From contig NC_059430.1 of NCBI RefSeq assembly GCF_021028975.2, positions 44,020,001 through 44,084,000 on the forward strand: 64,000 nucleotides of DNA. The letters run 5' to 3'. Source of the stretch: Sphaerodactylus townsendi (Eukaryota). Positions 35,864 through 48,776 of this stretch are shown here, one piece after another (within the stretch, counting starts at the first letter, position 1; the number at the start of each line of letters is the position of its first letter). Under the pieces are notes generated by a model. The model made no database searches, was not told where the DNA came from, and was given only the letters and a program-made list of their open reading frames with translations. The position numbers and the translations under genes are program-made.

Positions 35864-37217
35864 CATGGAAATGTATTTTTTTAGGTCCATGGACTGAAGT
35901 ATTATCTAAGCAGTAGAGTGGTCCTCAAGAATCCAGATGTTGGCCATCTTTTTTGTAAGACAAGCTGATGAAGATTTCTGTGTTTCTTTGGAAAATGATG
36001 TTATTTTTTTCACATTGGTAGGACTGATATGATTACGATTGAGTTACAGTCTTCAGGAGGGGGAAATCAGCCAGTCTGAAACAATGTGCATGTTACATAA
36101 TAGTAGAGCAAATTGTTCTGTACTTTGGGTTTTCAACTTATTAGCCACAGAAACATAAGGATTCTTATGCTTTGAAATGTCTTTCACTTTCTTGGAAATG
36201 GCCTCATGTTAGTATTGGATTGTAGTGCGTTAATAACATGGCCAAGAAGCTTGGAATTTGGCCCTAGTCATCTTTGGCTACTTGGAAGAAGTTTGTTTAA
36301 TTAATCATTTAATGCCAGCCATGATTGAACTGCACACATGCTTCAGAGTGAAGGGAGGCGGATTGCTTGGAACCTTCATTAGCAAAAAAGGCAGCCCCAC
36401 TCATGGAAAAAGAAAGCTGTGAACCCATAGACGTTCCCTAGCAGAAAACTGCAAGTGTATTTCTTGGCTTTGTGGCATATATACAGCTTAGTTTTACAGT
36501 CTTGAACATCTGTGTGCTTCACATTCTAAGAGTATTTTTGATCCTTACCATGAAAATACTTGTATTTTCAAGAGGAGAGGGAATCAAGTCACAAAACCTG
36601 ACAAAGCCACAGTAGCCAGAACCCAAGTTCATTACAGTATGAAACTCATTTAGGAAAAGTGTGATTTTAAAAATTCTCCAGGTTGTTATTTTGGGGGGAA
36701 AAAACTCCTTGAAGTTTTGGTTCTGTAAAAGATTCCCTCTCATCTTTGAAAAATTCTACATTCATTTCAACCCTGAATAATGAAGGTCTTAGGTGCTGTG
36801 TGGTTTCCGGGCTGTATGAAGGTCTTGTCCAAGACCAGATTATTTATCTCCTCCGTCTCCTCTCCATCCACTATTTTTCCAGTCATTTTTCACAAGATCA
36901 TGTTCTATTCTTGATTTCTCTTGTTGTCCATGCTGCACCACTTGCCGCACTTCTCAATTAGTCTCACCTCTCATACGCTGTCAGGCCACACATGCCTTCT
37001 CTCTAATCTTTCCTCAAGGACTTTCCTCTCTCTCAATTAGGAATGTGTGAAAACTGCCAGAGAAAGAATCCTGATATCCCTTGCCCAGTTATGTGCTAAA
37101 TAGATTTTCCTAAGTTCCAAAAGGTATGGAGGGTTTTACCTCAAACAGAGATTAGGGGCCCTCTCAGAGGTTTGGAGAAGCCCATACTACTTCCAGTTTT
37201 TAAGGTCCCTAAACATC

Positions 37218-37695
37218 TTGTCATATCATGGAAGCTAAGCAGGGCAGTGGCATATCTGCCCGGGGAGAAGGGGTAACCTCTGTCCCAGGCGCAACTAATC
37301 TGGTCACGTGGGGTATGCAAAACCAGCCCCCCACATGACCAGATGCCTTCATGAAGACAAGGAGGCAGCAAGAAGTCCTGCTGCCTCATTGCCTTTGGGC
37401 TCCCTTGGCCTTGCCCAAATCGTTCTCCAGAGTCATACTTTTAAAAGCACGGAGGCTGGGGGTGGGGCCCGAGCTCTGCCCCAGTCGCAGGGGGGTTGCC
37501 CAAGGAACTCTCCGGGTGCCATTTTCCTCCCATATGCCTATGAGGCAGGGTCAGTCCCGGTTGGTATTTAGATGGGAGACCACCATGCAAGTCAAGGGCT
37601 GTGATGCAGAAACAGCCAATGAGTAATCATCTCTGAATGTCTCTTGCCTTGAAAAACCTAAGGGATCACCATAAGTTGGCTGCCATTTGATTTAC
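37218..37695 (+). mobile_element. 5S-derived SINE split by a hAT MITE (37245-37542)
   Basis: ggaagctaagcaggg | CAGTGGCATAT...CATATGCCTATG | aggcagggtcag...ttagatgggagacc. The TSD AAGCAGGG/AGGCAGGG matches at 7 of 8 positions. Confidence 0.72.
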
Positions 37696-37714
37696 ACCAG
37701 TCATAATACAGAGG

Positions 37715-37905
37715 AGAAGGTGGCATGGACAGTTCAATCTTGTCAGATCTTGGGAGCTAAGCAGGGTCGGTACTTAGACGGGAGACCACCAAGGAAGATG
37801 CTGCAGAGGAAGGCAACGGTAAACCACAACTACTTCTCATTTGGCTTGAAAGTCCCTCACTGGGATTGCCATAAATCAGTCTTGACTTGATAACACTTTA
37901 CGCAC
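37715..37905 (+). mobile_element. 5S-derived SINE
   Basis: gtcagatcttgggagctaagcagggtcggtacttagacgggagacc head, same family as 4791. Confidence 0.75.
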
Positions 37906-39789
37906 ATAGCCATAATAATATTTTTTTAATGATGGTATGAGATGCATATACAAGCAAGTTATGAAACTTATCAAATGAAAAAAAATAATGTGCCTAAATT
38001 TGAGGCTCCCTTTGAGCTTGAGCTCAAAGCCAAATGGCCCTTCTGCTTAGAGTTCAAAATTTCCCAGTAATTTCTGCCACTGCCTGCCAATGCTCAGCTA
38101 TTTGGTGGGCAGAAATGCAGGACAGCTGAAAAAAGGGGAAGCAATTGATGTCTGTGCATGATGCTGTCACTTTGGCATGATGCAGAAGTGCCAGCAGCTT
38201 AGCATCACACCTGGGGAACACTCTATCACTCTCAAGTGCTAAACTGTCCCTCCAGTATGGTGTTGGCACTTATGTGTTGCTCCAGAATGGCATTGTCATG
38301 CACGGATGCCAAATCACCACTTTCTGCACCTGATTCTCAACATCTTCCACCAGTTGCTAGAGGGATTGGGCAACTCTGCCTCTGCGCCTCATCCATTATG
38401 TCCTGTCAGTAGACATCCCTCTATTGCAAATTTGTTGCAATAGTTATGTATGATAGTTTGGGATATGACACTACACCAGTGAGTGCCTCCTTTCATTGTG
38501 TGTCAGTGAATAGGGGCCTCCGCAAAAACTCCCTTTATACTAGGACCGCACAACTTGAGGGCCAGCAGGTCATATACAATTCACGAGTCCCATATAGTGT
38601 TCTGCCAGGTGCCTGAAGTCCTACCATTTTCTGACAACAAAACAAGAGATTACCTTGACACATAATATGTGGCTGGTGCACCCCTGAGCTACAGCCCTCA
38701 CCACTGCTTCACATGATTACTGGAGCAAAAACGGAAGGAAGGCATTGCATGGTGCTTGCAATCACAAGCTCTTGAAATTTCCCCACTATCTATGGCACAC
38801 TATGCCATTTTGCCAGTATCTGTCCCCAAATGGTCCCCTAGCTGGCTGAAGCTGAGCTAGAAACCCTGCTGATTACTTGCATTCAACATGATACAATACA
38901 AATCATGCAGGCCTGCTCTAGTCTGTTTCACCTTCTTGTAGTATCCCTAATGCAGTACTGGTACCAAATAAATATAGTGTTAAACAGAACAAACTATCTG
39001 TTCAGCCTTCACTGCTGTTTCCATGAAAACAACTTTTCTGGAAGGGTTAACTGGGCTTTCTCTCTTTCTTTTTGTTCTGAAATGGAAGCCAAAACTCTGA
39101 GGGTTCTAAATTGTTCTGAACGGGGCATAAATATGGTTTGTGAGTTTAGAGGTGGCAATAGGCTGCCAGTGTAGGACTTTCAAAAATGTTTTTATCATAT
39201 GAGAAAAATATGATAAATACGTCTTCAATTTACTTCACAGAACATTAACAATGTTGACATTTTATAGCACACTTCCCTGGGTGGCTTGCCACTGTTCATG
39301 CCATTTCTATCTTTTCAGTTATTTGCAAAAAAGAAATATGGAAGAGTAGAGAACTAAATAGTTGACACAGCACATATTTAACAAACATAAAAGACTGCTG
39401 TGTTTTAATATCTCCACATTTGACGGAAAGAATCCAAGCGGCTGTGGTCAGTAGAGGACTGAAAATATATTTACATAATCACTTAAGATGGCACCAGCAC
39501 TGGTACTACAGGGCCTGCTTCTTTGGCATTGATAAACATGTCACATGGGTATGTTGTGTTCATGTGAATGACTACATCCATGGGTGGCCTGTGTGTGCTG
39601 TTTGGGGTTAATGTTGTTGCTTGGTTTGGGGTGAGATGGAAGCAAAGTTAAGCAGCTTAAACCATGATCATCTGTATGTTTCCAAATATTTGTGGGTTTG
39701 CTTGAAATAACATAACTTCTCACAGTATTCCTCTATCCATTGAAAGCCAAGGCCTTGAAGTCACTGGAACATTCCAGATTAGGAGACCA

Positions 39790-39790
<1 letters not shown>

Positions 39791-39851
<61 letters not shown>
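39791..39851. repeat. (CA)n microsatellite
   Basis: Directly visible. Confidence 0.97.
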
Positions 39852-39854
<3 letters not shown>

Positions 39855-39927
39855 ATGAAATATGTGGTTGCCAACCTCCAGGCGGGACCTGGATGTCTCC
39901 TGGAATTGCAACTGCTTTTCAGACTAT

Positions 39928-40210
39928 TGAGGAAGAGGAGGAGTTTGGATCTATAGCCTGCCTCTGAAAGCAACTTAGAAATTCCTTCCCTCCCTCTCCT
40001 CACAACAGACACCTTGTTTGGTAGGAGGGGCTGAGAGAGTCCAAAGAGAGAACTGTGACTAGCTAAAGTCACCCAGCAGGTTTCATGTGTAGGAGCAGGG
40101 ATACAAATCTATTGCATCAGATAAAAGTCTGCTGCTCATGTGAAGGATGGGAAATCAAACCCAGTTCTCCAGATTACAGTCAAACACTCTATCACTACAC
40201 CATGCTGGCT
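39928..40210 (-). mobile_element. tRNA-derived squamate SINE (Squam3-like)
   Basis: Reverse complement of the 21328-21632 family. Confidence 0.7.
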
Positions 40211-41629
40211 CTCAGTTCCCCTGGAGAAAATGGCTCAATTGGAATGTAGATTCTGTGGCATTATAATCCACTGAGGTTGCTGTCCTCCCCAAACTCTGTC
40301 CTTCCCTGGCACCCTGCCCTCAATTTCCCAACCCAGAGTTGGCAACCCTGACTGAAAACCTTTCTCAAAACAGTAGTTATTAGTACCTGAAAATAGTAGG
40401 TATTCATAAAGTCCTTCTCAACCTATTATGTGTAACTATTGGAAAGTAATCAGACTATTACATATTTGGGTGCTGTGTGGTTTCCGGGCTGAATTACATA
40501 CTCCAAATACTTTGCACACTGGCAATTTAGTTCAATATATTGACAATGGGTTCTAAGGAGCCCGTCTCCTTCTGCTCCTTAAGGAGACAGAAAACAAAAT
40601 GATTTATCTGTTTAGTAAGAAGCAAGTACCATTTGGGCTGGTCAGTTAGAATGCACACAACTCTGTGCCCTGGTTGATACCTAATCTGCAGTCTGTTAAA
40701 GAATCTCTTGCCCTTCTTTCCCCCCAACCTAAGCTACCTGGGTTGGAAATTCTTGGAGCTTTGGGAGTGGACCCTGGGGAAGGTGGGATTTAGGATCTCA
40801 GCAGGTTATAATACAATGGAAACCTGCAGCCATTTTCTGCAGGGAAACTGATTGTTGTTGTCTGGAAGTCTGTTTTAATTCTGAGTGATCTGCAAGTCCA
40901 ACATGGAGACAAGCAACCCCAATGGCCAACCATCTCTGAGGAATGTTCTCAATGTCACACATTTCTTTCTCCTCTGCCCCTTCCATCTTGGTTATTACTA
41001 CCATTGCATATGGTGGCAAGCTTTCTTTCCTCCTCCCCCCTTAGGTGTGTTCAGTCCTTCTCTCTGTCTTGTCTTACCAGCCACCATATTTTTCTCTCTC
41101 TTGTACTGTCCCCCACTTTTCTCTCCCTCTCTGCATCTCTTGCAAAATATGTTATTATTGGGATGCTTATGACCTGTTCCCCCTTCATAGTGAGTCCTGG
41201 TTTAGCATTATTGCCCTGCAGAGAGAGGTGTTTTCTACAGTCTGGGTGTGTAGTTACCAGGCAACAGGAAAAGAAAGATTGGTGAACTCAAGAGAATTAG
41301 GATAAGTGGCTGAGGTGCTTTATCCTGAGGGAGAAAATTTCAAAGAAGTTTCAGAAAACTATAGTGCAGTGAGAAGGGCATCTTCTGGCTGGTCTTCCAG
41401 TTCATAGTGTTTATGAGACTTTTGCTGCTGTGAGGAAAAGTTGAGTCTACAGAGAACAGAGACCTTGCCAAACATCCAGGCTATCCTGGAATTCATGAGT
41501 TAGAACCTAATGACTAATGAGGCGTTTTTCTCCTCAACTTTGGGACTATTCGAAATGTTTTATTATTAACACTGTTTTGTTCAAAACTCCCTTTATTTTT
41601 CCACCTTTAAATAAAAGCTGCTTATTTAA

Positions 41630-41759
41630 GGCTCATTCCGCACACGCAAAATAATGCACTTTCAAGCTGCTTTCACAACTGTTTTTGCCATTCCGCACAG
41701 CTTCAAAGAGCCCTGAAAGCAGCTTGAAAGTGCATTATTCTGCGTGTGCGGAATGAGCC
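41630..41759. mobile_element. PIF/Harbinger MITE, near-perfect palindrome
   Basis: GGCTCATTCCGCACACGCA ... TGCGTGTGCGGAATGAGCC, with TSD TAA. Confidence 0.92.
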
Positions 41760-42264
41760 TAAGTGAAGTTCAGGTTTTGAACAAAATCAGACATGTGCTT
41801 CCTCTGTTGTGACCTCTGCTTTGTGGAATGGCCTGCCTGAGGGGGTTAGGAAAGCTGCCACATTCCTGTCATTCCCCAAATGACGTAAAATGGAGTCGTT
41901 TAGAAGATCTTTTCTAATAATAGGGCTATACGATAACAGACTGGTTCAGTAAAGCACTTAATAAAGGGAAACGGACTGTAGATCTCCTTATGCAAGTGTC
42001 CCAAAGAAAATTTGAGTTATGAACAAACTGTATCAAACCAGCTGTTTATTTCTTAAAACACCCACATCCTTCTCTGTCCAACCACCACTACATCAGCAAT
42101 GTGTTGATTAACACAGAATCTAGGAATCATTGGCTACAGAAGTATTGAAGCAGCAGATGGAATAACATACGATGGACAAGCAACTTAATACATTTCAGAG
42201 GTTGTCACACTTTGTAGATACACCCAGGCTCCAGGCCCTGGACATGGCAATTCCTGATGTTTCA

Positions 42265-42400
42265 CTAGCCCCTTCTCAGCCCAAAGAAACGCCTGTAGGC
42301 AGCAGCATAGCCATGGCGCAGAGCATAACGTTCACAGGGATTGTAGTCCTCGCAGATCTCCCGTTGCCGTTCCTGGGGGGTCTTATTGCGCTCTCTGATC
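42265..42400 (-). CDS. MGP: Matrix Gla protein exon 4
   Basis: (R)[44 protein letters not shown], acceptor tgtccag, and AATAAA at 42050-42045. Confidence 0.97.
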
Positions 42401-42978
42401 CTGGACAAATGTTACAGAGAAAGACCGGTTTAAAACAAGATCCCATAAAAAGAGCAGTCAGTCCAGTCAGCGTGTGGGAAAGCCATCCCCAATTATTGCT
42501 AAGATAGGCAGAGTAGAAATAATATTAAAAGTTCAATGCAAGATAAGCAGGTGCAACACCCAGTTACAGAGCTATAGCTGGATGGATTGACATCCTGAAG
42601 ATATGGCATATGCAAGCACCCTTAGTTTCAAAGATACAGAAAATCACTGCAGAGTCTTAGCGGCTAGTTTTGACACGGAAGCTGTTTTATGCAAATGCCT
42701 CTTCTATTAGGATGAGGTGGTGAAATCACTGCCTGAGAAATAAATGTGTGAAAGTCTTCTAAAATCAACTGGGGTGGGGGTGGGGTGGAGGAGAGAGATA
42801 GATTCTGAAGCAACTCTCCTGACAATTCAGCAAGAGACCACTGAGCTGCTGATTACAATGTAAAGTAGATCCTTCACATTGAATTCTGGATAATAGTGAG
42901 AACTCAGCTGTGATTCAGATTGTGTAGATTAGTTATGTAGTGACCCAAGGCATAGCCATCCCAAATATTTTGCCAATA

Positions 42979-43223
42979 CCCTGTTTCTCCGAAAATAAGA
43001 CATCCCCTGAGAATAAGATGTAGTAGAGGTTTTGCAGAAGTGCTAAATATAAAACATCCCCTGAAAGTAAGACGTAGCAAAGTTTTTGTTTGGAAGAATG
43101 CCCGTCAACCAGAGCATGCAGCTGTGGAGCAGAAAAATAAGACATCTCCTGAAAATAAGACATAGTGCATCTTTGGGAGCAAAAATTAATATAAGACACT
43201 GTCTTATTTTCAAGGAAACACGG
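42979..43223. mobile_element. Tigger/pogo-like MITE in MGP intron 3
   Basis: TA-CCCTGTTTCTCCGAAAATAAGAC ... GTCTTATTTTCAAGGAAACACGG-TA, with repeated gaaaataagac units. Confidence 0.8.
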
Positions 43224-43469
43224 TATAAATATACTTCAGTTCTCAATCTGCAGCATTTCTGTATTTATTCCAGTGTTCCCCCTCATATTATTTTTCCAGT
43301 CCCTTTTTAATTTTGATCAGACCTTACAAAAGACAATGAAGCCCACCCTTTCTGTGATTTACCTTCCAAGGGATAACTGCCCTTCCCCAAAGACCATGAT
43401 TTCTTATTGTAGGAGAGATGGCCTCTCACTCTTCATTGGTGTGCAGCCCTAAATCCAGAGAAGACTTAC

Positions 43470-43545
43470 CTTTCCTGCACAATCGAATTTCTCCTGGGTG
43501 GAGTCCTCATGAAGTTGTACGCATTTCTTCTGTTAATGAAAGGAC
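43470..43545 (-). CDS. MGP: Matrix Gla protein exon 3
   Basis: 76 nt encoding (S)PFINRRNAYNFMRTPPRRNSIVQE(R), with ccccag and gtaagt boundaries. Confidence 0.97.
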
Positions 43546-45430
43546 CTGGGGAGAAGGATGGTTTGTAATTACTCTATGTTCTGGAGCTGAACTGAAAATT
43601 ATTCCATCTGGAGAGCAATCCTAAGCTGATCTACTCAGAATCAACTCAAGTCTACTCAATGGGGCTTACTCCCAAGAAAATGCCCTTAGGACTGTGTTGC
43701 TAATGTCCCTTTGACACTGGCCATCTTGTTCATAATAGGAAACACTTTGGCCCGTTCCTCACAGGCCAATAAACACAGGTTAATGACTGTAAAAAAAACT
43801 TTGGGGGGGGGGGGACTTCGCATGGATCCTGCCCCTAAAGTGAGTCTGCCCTGCATTATTTCCCCCAAACTAGGTTTTTTGAGACTCGACTAACCACAAG
43901 TCTTTTGAAAAATTCTGGGTTGCAGCCGCTTGCAAGTGAATGGCTAGGCAGGAGGTACTTTATTTGGCTGCGCTTTCCTTTAAAAAAAAATTCCAGTTTA
44001 CATCTGCGTAGCCACGCAGGTGCAACTGGTTGTATTGAGGTATCATGAGATGTCAGCATGACTGTGGGGGTTCATTTGTGCACGTCTGTGTAGCTACGCA
44101 TCGATGGGAGGTAAATAAAAAAATAGATGTGTCTCCGTGTGAAGGCGCGACAGCAACTCGCATTGTTTGTGTGGGCTCGTATCGCAGCCTGCACATATGC
44201 ATGCGAACAAAAAAACCAGAAAGCCGGTTTCTTTATCCTAACTGCAACCCACTATACATTTGGTGTGTTGAAAGGGCCTCAATCTGCTTTTTCCGTTATC
44301 TTTATACCATCCAGAATGATTGATGTCAACTATTTTCCACAGTTGCTATGGTGTACTTCTAGATACTAACGAAAGGGCTTATACATAATTGCATACTAAT
44401 ACTAGCCCTGATAATTGTGCATCTGGAACTCACACAGCTTTGCAGTCTCCAGGCCTCAAGCAAAGGATAAAGCAATCTTTTTTCTCCTCTTAATGAGAGA
44501 GCCAATAAGAATCAGAGCTAAAGAAATTTGTCAACCTTCCCTTTCACCTGCTCCATCCTTTGCCAATGCATATTGCTGCTCCTGTTGTTTTGCTTCTAAG
44601 GGGGCAGATTTTAGTTTTTTTAAAAAAAGAACAATAATATTTTAATTTAAAAAGAGAAACTGATGAGACAAAAAAACTACTAGCAAGGTTCACACACACC
44701 TCTGCAGCTACGCTGAAGAAGCTCCATACTTTTCCTTTGGAAGATGGATTCTAGTTTACCTTTTCCCCTCATAGGCTAGTTCCCTACATGCAAGGTGTTT
44801 CATATGGTGGAACATGCAAATGTATCATTGCTCCACGCACGTGGGGCAGGGGTAGATTAACTTTCAGGTAGTCATTCTGTCAGAGAAAAAAAGGGATAGG
44901 GAAGCTTGCTGCATTTTGTTACCATGAGCCCTCTAGGGGAGGGCGGTATATAAGTTCAATAATAAATAAAAAGTTCTGCTGATGAAGAGGTCTGAGTTTC
45001 CTTACTTTACCTCATATCACCCTTCCTCTTAGAGCAATGTCCACTTTTCTGTTATCAGCTAGTCATCTTATTGCATACTGCATTACCAGATCCCCCCCCC
45101 CCCCCATCCTTCATCCCATGTCATGAAGAGGGCCTCATGACGGCTTTAGGGTGATTCCCGTATAGCATCACAAATCTAGATTAAAAGGTATGGAAGAGGG
45201 TAGGTTGTGCCAAAAGAAAAATGTGAAGGCGAGAGAATCAGTTAAGAACCAGACTAGACTGCCTGAAAACAGAAAGGCCATGGTGAAGGCCCCCTATTTG
45301 TCTTTTCTAGAGCTGGCAAAAATGATTGCAAAGGAAGTAGACCAATTCTAGACCTCTCACAAGACTTCTCATGAGAACATGAGCAGCAATGCCCTATGGA
45401 AGCCAGATAGTTTGCCGTATAGTTTCTTAC

Positions 45431-45466
45431 TTGCAAATTCATGTGATTCCATACTCTCGTAGGACT
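45431..45466 (-). CDS. MGP: Matrix Gla protein exon 2 (SxE phosphoserine repeats)
   Basis: 36 nt encoding ESYESMESHEFA, with cacag and gtaaga boundaries. Confidence 0.96.
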
Positions 45467-47648
45467 CTGTGGGGGGGATAAAAGAAAAAGACAATCATTT
45501 GTAAGATCATCATTGACAAAAGGAGCAATTAAGAATGTAAGTACAAGATTTAACTACAGGCTGTTTCACGGGATTTTCGTGGGATTTATTGCTGTATAAG
45601 GTTGGGTATTTTTTCATGTTGTGCATGTTTTGGGGCCTGTTCCAGAGTTAATGGGGGCTCTATTTGTAATTTTCCTGTTTTTTTCCCCTAAGTGGTTATA
45701 CAGTGATGTTTCCTTTTAAAGTGTAACCAGATGGGCTTGACCATCTTTGCAAAACGCTTCTCCCAAATTTGTTTTTGTTGGAAATCCACACACCCTGGAT
45801 TGGTCAAATCCACACCCCTGGATCCCACACTTTTCTTTGTTCAAATGTTCCTGTTTGGTCTGAGACTTTTAATGAGGACTCTGGAACTGCAAGTGATGCC
45901 TCCCCCCACCCCACCTTCCCCACCATCTCCACCACCACCACGCTGGCCAGAATGTGTTTGTGCTTGAAAATACAGTTCAACATATTTTACTTGGGCTACT
46001 GTGAACCTTTCTCAGGCCCTTATCACAAGAAAGAATGGCAGTTTAAATCCCTCTGGTGGGTTTCTCCAATTGGATCTTATTGCAATAGCATGATCACTCA
46101 TTAGAACTTATGCACAATTTTTTTTAAGTGGTGGTTTAAGTCTCTGGTGCTGCCCACGACAATATCAGTGACTGGTACATTGAAGTGCACAGTGATGAAA
46201 ATCGGCTCTGGGATGGCAAATCTGTGCAGAATGTGTGGGGAATGATATCTGCACATTCGGTGCAGAATGTGGGAAAAATCAAGGGGAAACTATGAGGTGG
46301 AGGTTGTTGTCACAGGTTCATGTGAACCACTATTCTGTCTTCAAAGCTAGCAAACCAGGTGCCCTTAGTCCATTCACAAACAGAGTTTGATAGAGAAGCC
46401 CCTGTTTTTTGTCCTTGGTATTTGACAATCAAAGGAATACTGTCTTTAGACATAGAGATGCCATTCTATGCTATGCTATTGGCATGTATACTAGAACATA
46501 TCTAGAGTAAATTATTAACAGAAGTTGTTTGCTTGTTTCACCAAATTATAACAAAGAATATACATTTCACATTATACAGTATTCAACAAGAGAATATTAA
46601 GAATAGATATACATATCCTTTCTTATCATGGTTTCCAAATTCTTTTTTCCATCTCTAATTTCTATATCCTCAATCTATAAACATTCTTCACTTTGTTTAA
46701 CCATGCCCTTTCAAAGGTAGTATCTTTTGTTCCCAATAGTTCACAAACTCCAATCTTGCTGTAAGAAAGGTAATTCAGTACTCTGTTAACTATCTTATGG
46801 AGACAACCAACATCCAAATCATTATTGACAGTCTGTCCACTTGACAGATTTCTGTCTCAACTCTATCCATGTTCGACTTAAGAAGATACAGCCAGATCAT
46901 TCAAAGAAGCAAGTCCTGCTTCAGACAGGCTGACAAATACAACCATCATCCCCAATATCTAGCACAACATTATGCAGTTACTCCAGTCTAAGTCCATTGT
47001 CTTTAATGGTCTTATACTGGAGCAACTCTGCATAGGATTGCACTGATTGCACTAAATGGACTTCAGTTCCCAACCATGATGGGCATTTACCAAACATTTT
47101 CCCATTTCAGCCCCCATAGGATCATACCTGAAGCTTTACAAGAGATATGAATTTCTGGACAAAAAAAAATGTTCATAAAGTATTACCCGATTAAATATCA
47201 TCAAACAATGCTTCTCATAAATCTGTCCCACTGAGGATATTTTGAAACCCCAATGAGTATCTGTCAACTAGCAAACAGTCAATGGATGTAATATATCTGA
47301 GGAATATCCATCTGGTATTTTCCAAGTGATCACTTTATGTATAAACAGCCATAAGTAAGAGGATATGGCCTAATTTTCCTCATCATCTGTGTTTTGATAA
47401 AATGGGGTTGTAAAGGAGCAGAAACAGAATTGTCTGTGATGGACATAAAGCACAATGGGGCTGACCTGAGAACTATGAGCAAGAAGACTAGATTAGACCA
47501 CAGTACCAATAAAGGAGTGCCTATAATGAAGGATGTGAGAGTGAGAGTCAGACATAACAGAAAGGGGAGCTGAAAATCAGGAGAGAAAGGTCATCAGATT
47601 AAAGGTCATCAGATTAAAGTTCTGCCAGCAATAAAAGACACCACCTAC

Positions 47649-47709
47649 CATAACAGAAAGTTGTAACCGTCAGGACAGCCAGGAACACAAGAACAATGAG
47701 GGTCCGCAT
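47649..47709 (-). CDS. MGP: Matrix Gla protein exon 1 (signal peptide); the four exons total 309 nt, 102 aa plus stop
   Basis: MRTLIVLVFLAVLTVTTFCY followed by G|gtaggt, 61 nt. Confidence 0.96.
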
Positions 47710-48236
47710 CTTCTCTCTCTTCCTCCCTCTCTCCCTCTTTCTGCTTAGTCTGGGTCCACTGAGGCCAGCTGGACTCTCTAGACAAGCTGCAAGGTTTAGC
47801 AGTGGAGTGTTTGTTATGACAACTGCTGCTGGAGGCAAAAAAGTCAGACGAAAGGGTCTGAGAAAAGTAGGGACTGGCTGGCACTTGCCCTTTAAGGAGG
47901 CTGTTACAAAACGCCCTCTATTAGTGGGTTAATCAGACTTTGGTGGATGTGGGCAAGCTGCGCTCCCCCTCCCTGTCTGCAAAGGGAGGATCATAGTTGA
48001 AAAGGAGGTGAGCTGTTCTGCAAGTTCAGAAATGTTGAAATACAGATGGGGAATGCCAAATATTAGCCACGGCTCTTGGACTTGGGATCCTGCTTCTCCC
48101 AAACATGGTGTTCCTTTCTCCTCTGTGTTTGCCTGCCATTCCCATGCTAAACACAGAGCATGTATTATAACTCCTTATCTTTTAGACTTACCACAGCTCT
48201 GGAGACTATTTCAACATTCATTTCAGCCTTTTCATT

Positions 48237-48776
48237 GGTGGATTCCATACAGCATAAATATAACATCTTTAAAACATTGTAAAAAGATTTGTTGTGGCAT
48301 TTTTGTGTTCCCACAGCACAAGCATTGCCAGCCAAAATGGATCTTTTTTCCTGCCTGCTGCATGGAGCTCTTGTCAGTTTCACTGTTGCACCTGCCATTT
48401 TGTGCACTGCTGCAGAGATTCTCCTGCCTCTGCCATTTGGTGAAGGTTTTCCATGGAGGTTTCCTCTGCTTGCAGCTCATTTGCTGAAGCATACAAAATG
48501 GCTGGCACAAGCAGTGAAAATAAAAGTAAGAGGTTTGGGTGGGAAAAATAACGCATTTTTCTGCCTGCTGTGTGTTCGCTCAGCAGGCAGGACCCATGTT
48601 CAACCCATTTTTTTTTTTGGGGGGGGGGGGGATCAGTAGCAATTTTTGAAAACCAAGGTTGAGATAAATAAAACAGGCTGTACTCATTTTGTGGAAGAGA
48701 GATGTGCCAAGGTCTTATTCAAAACACTTTTTATAACATCCCAAAGACGTTATATTTGTGCTGTGCAAAATCCACC
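48237..48776. mobile_element. Harbinger-like non-autonomous element just upstream of MGP
   Basis: Imperfect TIRs of about 55 bp: GGTGGATTCCATACAGCATAAATATAACATCTTT / AAAGACGTTATATTTGTGCTGTGCAAAATCCACC. Confidence 0.62.
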
